From Halarcobacter sp. (GTDB lineage: Bacteria > Campylobacterota > Campylobacteria > Campylobacterales > Arcobacteraceae), in NCBI GenBank assembly GCA_963676565.1, contig OY781089.1, positions 2,624,001 to 2,688,000 of the forward strand: a stretch of 64,000 nt of DNA. The letters are read 5' to 3'. Below are positions 61,174-64,000 of this stretch, piece by piece; within the stretch, counting starts at the first letter, position 1; every line of letters begins with the position of its first letter. The notes under the pieces are model-generated. The model ran no database searches. It saw nothing but the letters and a program-made list of their open reading frames with translations, and had not been told where the DNA came from. The translations under genes were made by a program, and so were the position numbers.

Positions 61174-61764
61174 TTATATTTCTTTTACAGCTTTTACAAA
61201 ATTAATCATTTTAGTTTTATCCTTCTTCCCTTTAGAAACTTCAACACCAGAACTTACATCAACACCAAAAAAGTTATATCCTTTTAACTCTTTTAAATTT
61301 GATTCATTTAATCCACCAGCTAAAATCATTTGTGAACAGTCTATATTTTCAAACCATTCAAGGGCAACTCTTTTTCCAGCTCCACCAAAATCTTCAACAA
61401 AAGCATCTACTAAAACATAGTTTCCTTGATTTTCAATAAGGTCTTTTTTTTCTTTTGCTCTAACAACCTTAATATATTTAAAATTTAAAATATTAAAGTC
61501 TGTATAGTTATCATCATCAATAACTTGAGCTAATTGCATTTTTGCATTTGTACAAACTTGGTTTATAAAACTACTGTTTTCATTTACAAAAAGTGCAACA
61601 GTTTGAACAAAAGGAGGTAATTGCTCTACAATCTCCCTAGCTTTAAATGGATCAATATATCTTGGGCTTTTTTCATAAAAAACAAACCCTAAGGCATCAG
61701 CACCAGCATCAATTGCATCTAGAGCATCTTCTAAATTAGTAATTCCACAAATTTTAATTTTCAT
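61174..61764 (-). CDS. trpF: Phosphoribosylanthranilate isomerase
   Basis: KIKICGIT, GFVF..KSPR, LAGGL, DVSSGVE. Confidence 0.96.
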   Translation of the reverse strand: MKIKICGITNLEDALDAIDAGADALGFVFYEKSPRYIDPFKAREIVEQLPPFVQTVALFVNENSSFINQVCTNAKMQLAQVIDDDNYTDFNILNFKYIKVVRAKEKKDLIENQGNYVLVDAFVEDFGGAGKRVALEWFENIDCSQMILAGGLNESNLKELKGYNFFGVDVSSGVEVSKGKKDKTKMINFVKAVKEI

Positions 61765-61777
61765 ATAAATTTATCTT

Positions 61778-62419
61778 CTAGATTTGTAAAGATTTAATTG
61801 CTTTTGAATAATCTTCATTTCCAAATACATAAGACCCAGCAACGACAACATCAACTCCAGCATCTTTAAGTTCTTGGATATTTTTGTCATTTACTCCACC
61901 ATCAACTTCAATTAAACAATTTGGATTTCTTTTGTTAATTAACTCTTTTAATTTTTTAGCTTTTTCAACAACTGATGAAATAAACTTTTGTCCACCAAAA
62001 CCAGGATTTACAGACATAAGTAAAACAATATCTAAATCTTCAAGTAGATACTCTATTGATTCAGGTGTAGTGTGAGGATTTAAAACAATACCTGGTTTAA
62101 TTCCTAAACTTCTAATTTTTTGAATAAGTCTATGTGGGTGTTTTTCACTCTCAATATGAAATGTAATATATTCTGGTTTTAAAGGAGCAAAAAGCTCAAC
62201 AAAAAAAGTATTATTCTCAACCATTAAATGAATATCAAGAGGTTTTGTTGCTGCTTTAGCAACAGGATTAACCACAACCGGACCAATTGTCATATTTGGA
62301 ACAAAATGCCCATCCATTACATCAACATGAATTAAATCACATCCACCATCACAGATAGCTTTTATCTCTTCAGCTAAGTTTCCAAAATCTGCTGAAAGGA
62401 TTGAAGGAGCTACTAGCAT
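61778..62419 (-). CDS. rpe: Ribulose-phosphate 3-epimerase
   Basis: APSILSADF, HVDVMDGHFVPN, MSVNPGFGGQ, EVDGG. Confidence 0.97.
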   Translation of the reverse strand: MLVAPSILSADFGNLAEEIKAICDGGCDLIHVDVMDGHFVPNMTIGPVVVNPVAKAATKPLDIHLMVENNTFFVELFAPLKPEYITFHIESEKHPHRLIQKIRSLGIKPGIVLNPHTTPESIEYLLEDLDIVLLMSVNPGFGGQKFISSVVEKAKKLKELINKRNPNCLIEVDGGVNDKNIQELKDAGVDVVVAGSYVFGNEDYSKAIKSLQI

Positions 62420-62513
62420 ATATTAACCTTTAAAATAATTTTTCGCGATTATACCTACTTTATAGTTTTATTTTGCTTTTTTAGATACTATTTCAAGAGC
62501 AAAAGGATACATA

Positions 62514-63500
62514 ATGAAATTAATGATTATTACGTTAACAATATTTTTTACAACATTTTTAAATGCACAAAATATTGAAGAATTATATATAAAAGCAAAA
62601 GAGTATGAGCAAAATGGAAATTTCAAAGAGGCTATGCTTACATACAAAGAGATTGCTAAAAAAGAAAGAGATATAAATAAAACTTACATAGATGAAGAGA
62701 TTAAAATTACAAATGAAGTTATAACTGAGAATCTTGATCCAATTGAAAATGAGGAAACAGTTGAAACAATAGAACAAATACTTGCTTCAAATTTCAACCT
62801 TTACCCTTACCATGAAAACTACTTATTTCCTTTCTCATACGATACAAAAAAAAGAAGTGATGGCCGAAATCAAATGGAAACAAAATTTCAACTAAGTGTA
62901 AAAAAACCAATACTTACCAATTTTTTTAATCTAAATGAAACTATCTATTTTGGATATACCCATACTTCATGGTGGCAACTATACAATGATTCAGCCCCTT
63001 TTAGAGAAACAAACTATAGACCAGAAATATTTGTAAATATCCCTTATATAAGAGCAGATAAAACAGCATTAAAGGGTTTTAAATTTGGGTTTTTACATGA
63101 ATCTAATGGTCAAGATAAACCAAAATCAAGATCTTGGAATAGATTATATTTAGAAAGCTACTTTCAACTTGGAAACCTTTTTGCTATTCCAAAAGTTTGG
63201 TATAGAATCCCTGAAAAAGAGGTAGATGATGATAACCCTGATATTCAAGATTTCTTAGGTTATGGAGATTTAACTTTAGTATATCCATATAAAAGACACA
63301 CTTTAAAATTACTTCTTAGAAATAATATGAAGTTTGATGATGATAACAAAGGGTTTGCTCAACTTGATTGGACTTTCCCATTTTTTGGTTCTAAAAACAC
63401 TTTTGGTTATATCCAACTTTCAAATGGTTATGGTGATAGTTTAATAGATTATGATAAAGAGATTAGTAGAATAAACTTTGGTATATCTTTATCTAGATAA
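62514..63500 (+). CDS. pldA: Outer-membrane phospholipase A
   Basis: KFQLS, PFRETNYRPE, HESNG, SRSWNR, GYGDSLIDY. Confidence 0.94.
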   Translation: MKLMIITLTIFFTTFLNAQNIEELYIKAKEYEQNGNFKEAMLTYKEIAKKERDINKTYIDEEIKITNEVITENLDPIENEETVETIEQILASNFNLYPYHENYLFPFSYDTKKRSDGRNQMETKFQLSVKKPILTNFFNLNETIYFGYTHTSWWQLYNDSAPFRETNYRPEIFVNIPYIRADKTALKGFKFGFLHESNGQDKPKSRSWNRLYLESYFQLGNLFAIPKVWYRIPEKEVDDDNPDIQDFLGYGDLTLVYPYKRHTLKLLLRNNMKFDDDNKGFAQLDWTFPFFGSKNTFGYIQLSNGYGDSLIDYDKEISRINFGISLSR

Positions 63501-63981
63501 GAGTTAGACCATCTTTGGAGTTTTTATAGGTACTTTTTAAAAAGTCGTTTAAAAACTCTTTATCAAAGGTTTTCACTCCATTTAGACAAATATCTAAATA
63601 ATCTAAATTTGGCAAAATTTCATGGTTTCTTTTCTCCTCTTTACCCATATATAAAAAACTATCTCCCAACTTTTTCCCACAATAAGTTTCTATATAATCT
63701 GATGAAACAATATTTCTGTTATAACCTTTTTCTCTAATATCTAAAGTATCAAAATAGTTTGAAGATAAGTTTTTGATTAGTATGGCATTAAACCAAGAGT
63801 TTTTATCTTTTTGCACATTTAAAACAGCTCTGTCAATTGAGTTTTTAAATCTATAAGAGGGTTCTTGGTTAAAAACCCTTTTAAAACCATAAACCTTTAT
63901 AATTTCAACATCAACAAGATTAATATTTTCTTTTTCAAGTTCTTTTTTATTTATAAGACTTCCATAAACAATTAAGTTCAT
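63493..63981 (-). CDS. Gamma-glutamylcyclotransferase-like protein
   Basis: VYGSL, G.KRVF, LDIREKGYNR, YLDIC. Confidence 0.75.
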   Translation of the reverse strand: MNLIVYGSLINKKELEKENINLVDVEIIKVYGFKRVFNQEPSYRFKNSIDRAVLNVQKDKNSWFNAILIKNLSSNYFDTLDIREKGYNRNIVSSDYIETYCGKKLGDSFLYMGKEEKRNHEILPNLDYLDICLNGVKTFDKEFLNDFLKSTYKNSKDGLTLI

Positions 63982-64000
63982 TATTGTCTTTTTTCCATAA

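Noticed and set aside
3716..62777. Numerous short antisense or overlapping ORFs in the six-frame track
   Set aside because: They lie opposite or within well-supported genes and have no recognisable motifs.
62514..63500. Phase-variable pldA as in Helicobacter
   Set aside because: No long G/C homopolymer seen; the ORF is intact.

Overview
AT-rich chromosomal window of a Campylobacterota bacterium, most likely Arcobacteraceae. This is inferred from oorDABC, a desulforubrerythrin opposite a PerR-like regulator, pldA, and the rny-5-FTHF cyclo-ligase/tlpA-ftsY and murJ-msbA-pyrD-dapA-pgsA-rseP gene orders. Most of the window is housekeeping. The main discovery is a ~6.2-kb integrated element (7472-13659) bounded by a 13-bp direct repeat, ccaattctatata, inside the 3' end of a TIGR02757/DUF2400 gene. 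The element supplies a recoded replacement C-terminus (YRIGQEKII*), while the original end (YRIGQEKLI*) is left at 7453-7484. All element genes lie on the minus strand: tyrosine integrase, orphan, Xis/AlpA-like HTH, orphan, Rep-like protein with two 25-bp repeats at its 3' end, a pair of possibly TerS-related proteins, and a lipoprotein cargo. This layout resembles a minimal phage satellite. Other notable items are a Slam/DUF560-like outer-membrane protein next to a secreted FecR-domain protein with 9-bp tandem repeats and a TbpB-like C-terminal barrel, a GGDEF-FecR-OmpA cluster, an ERIC-like palindromic element overlapping the rny stop codon, and a duplicated LRR-like protein. I saw no rRNA, tRNA or CRISPR array. 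All functional calls come from motif recognition by eye; no searches were run.
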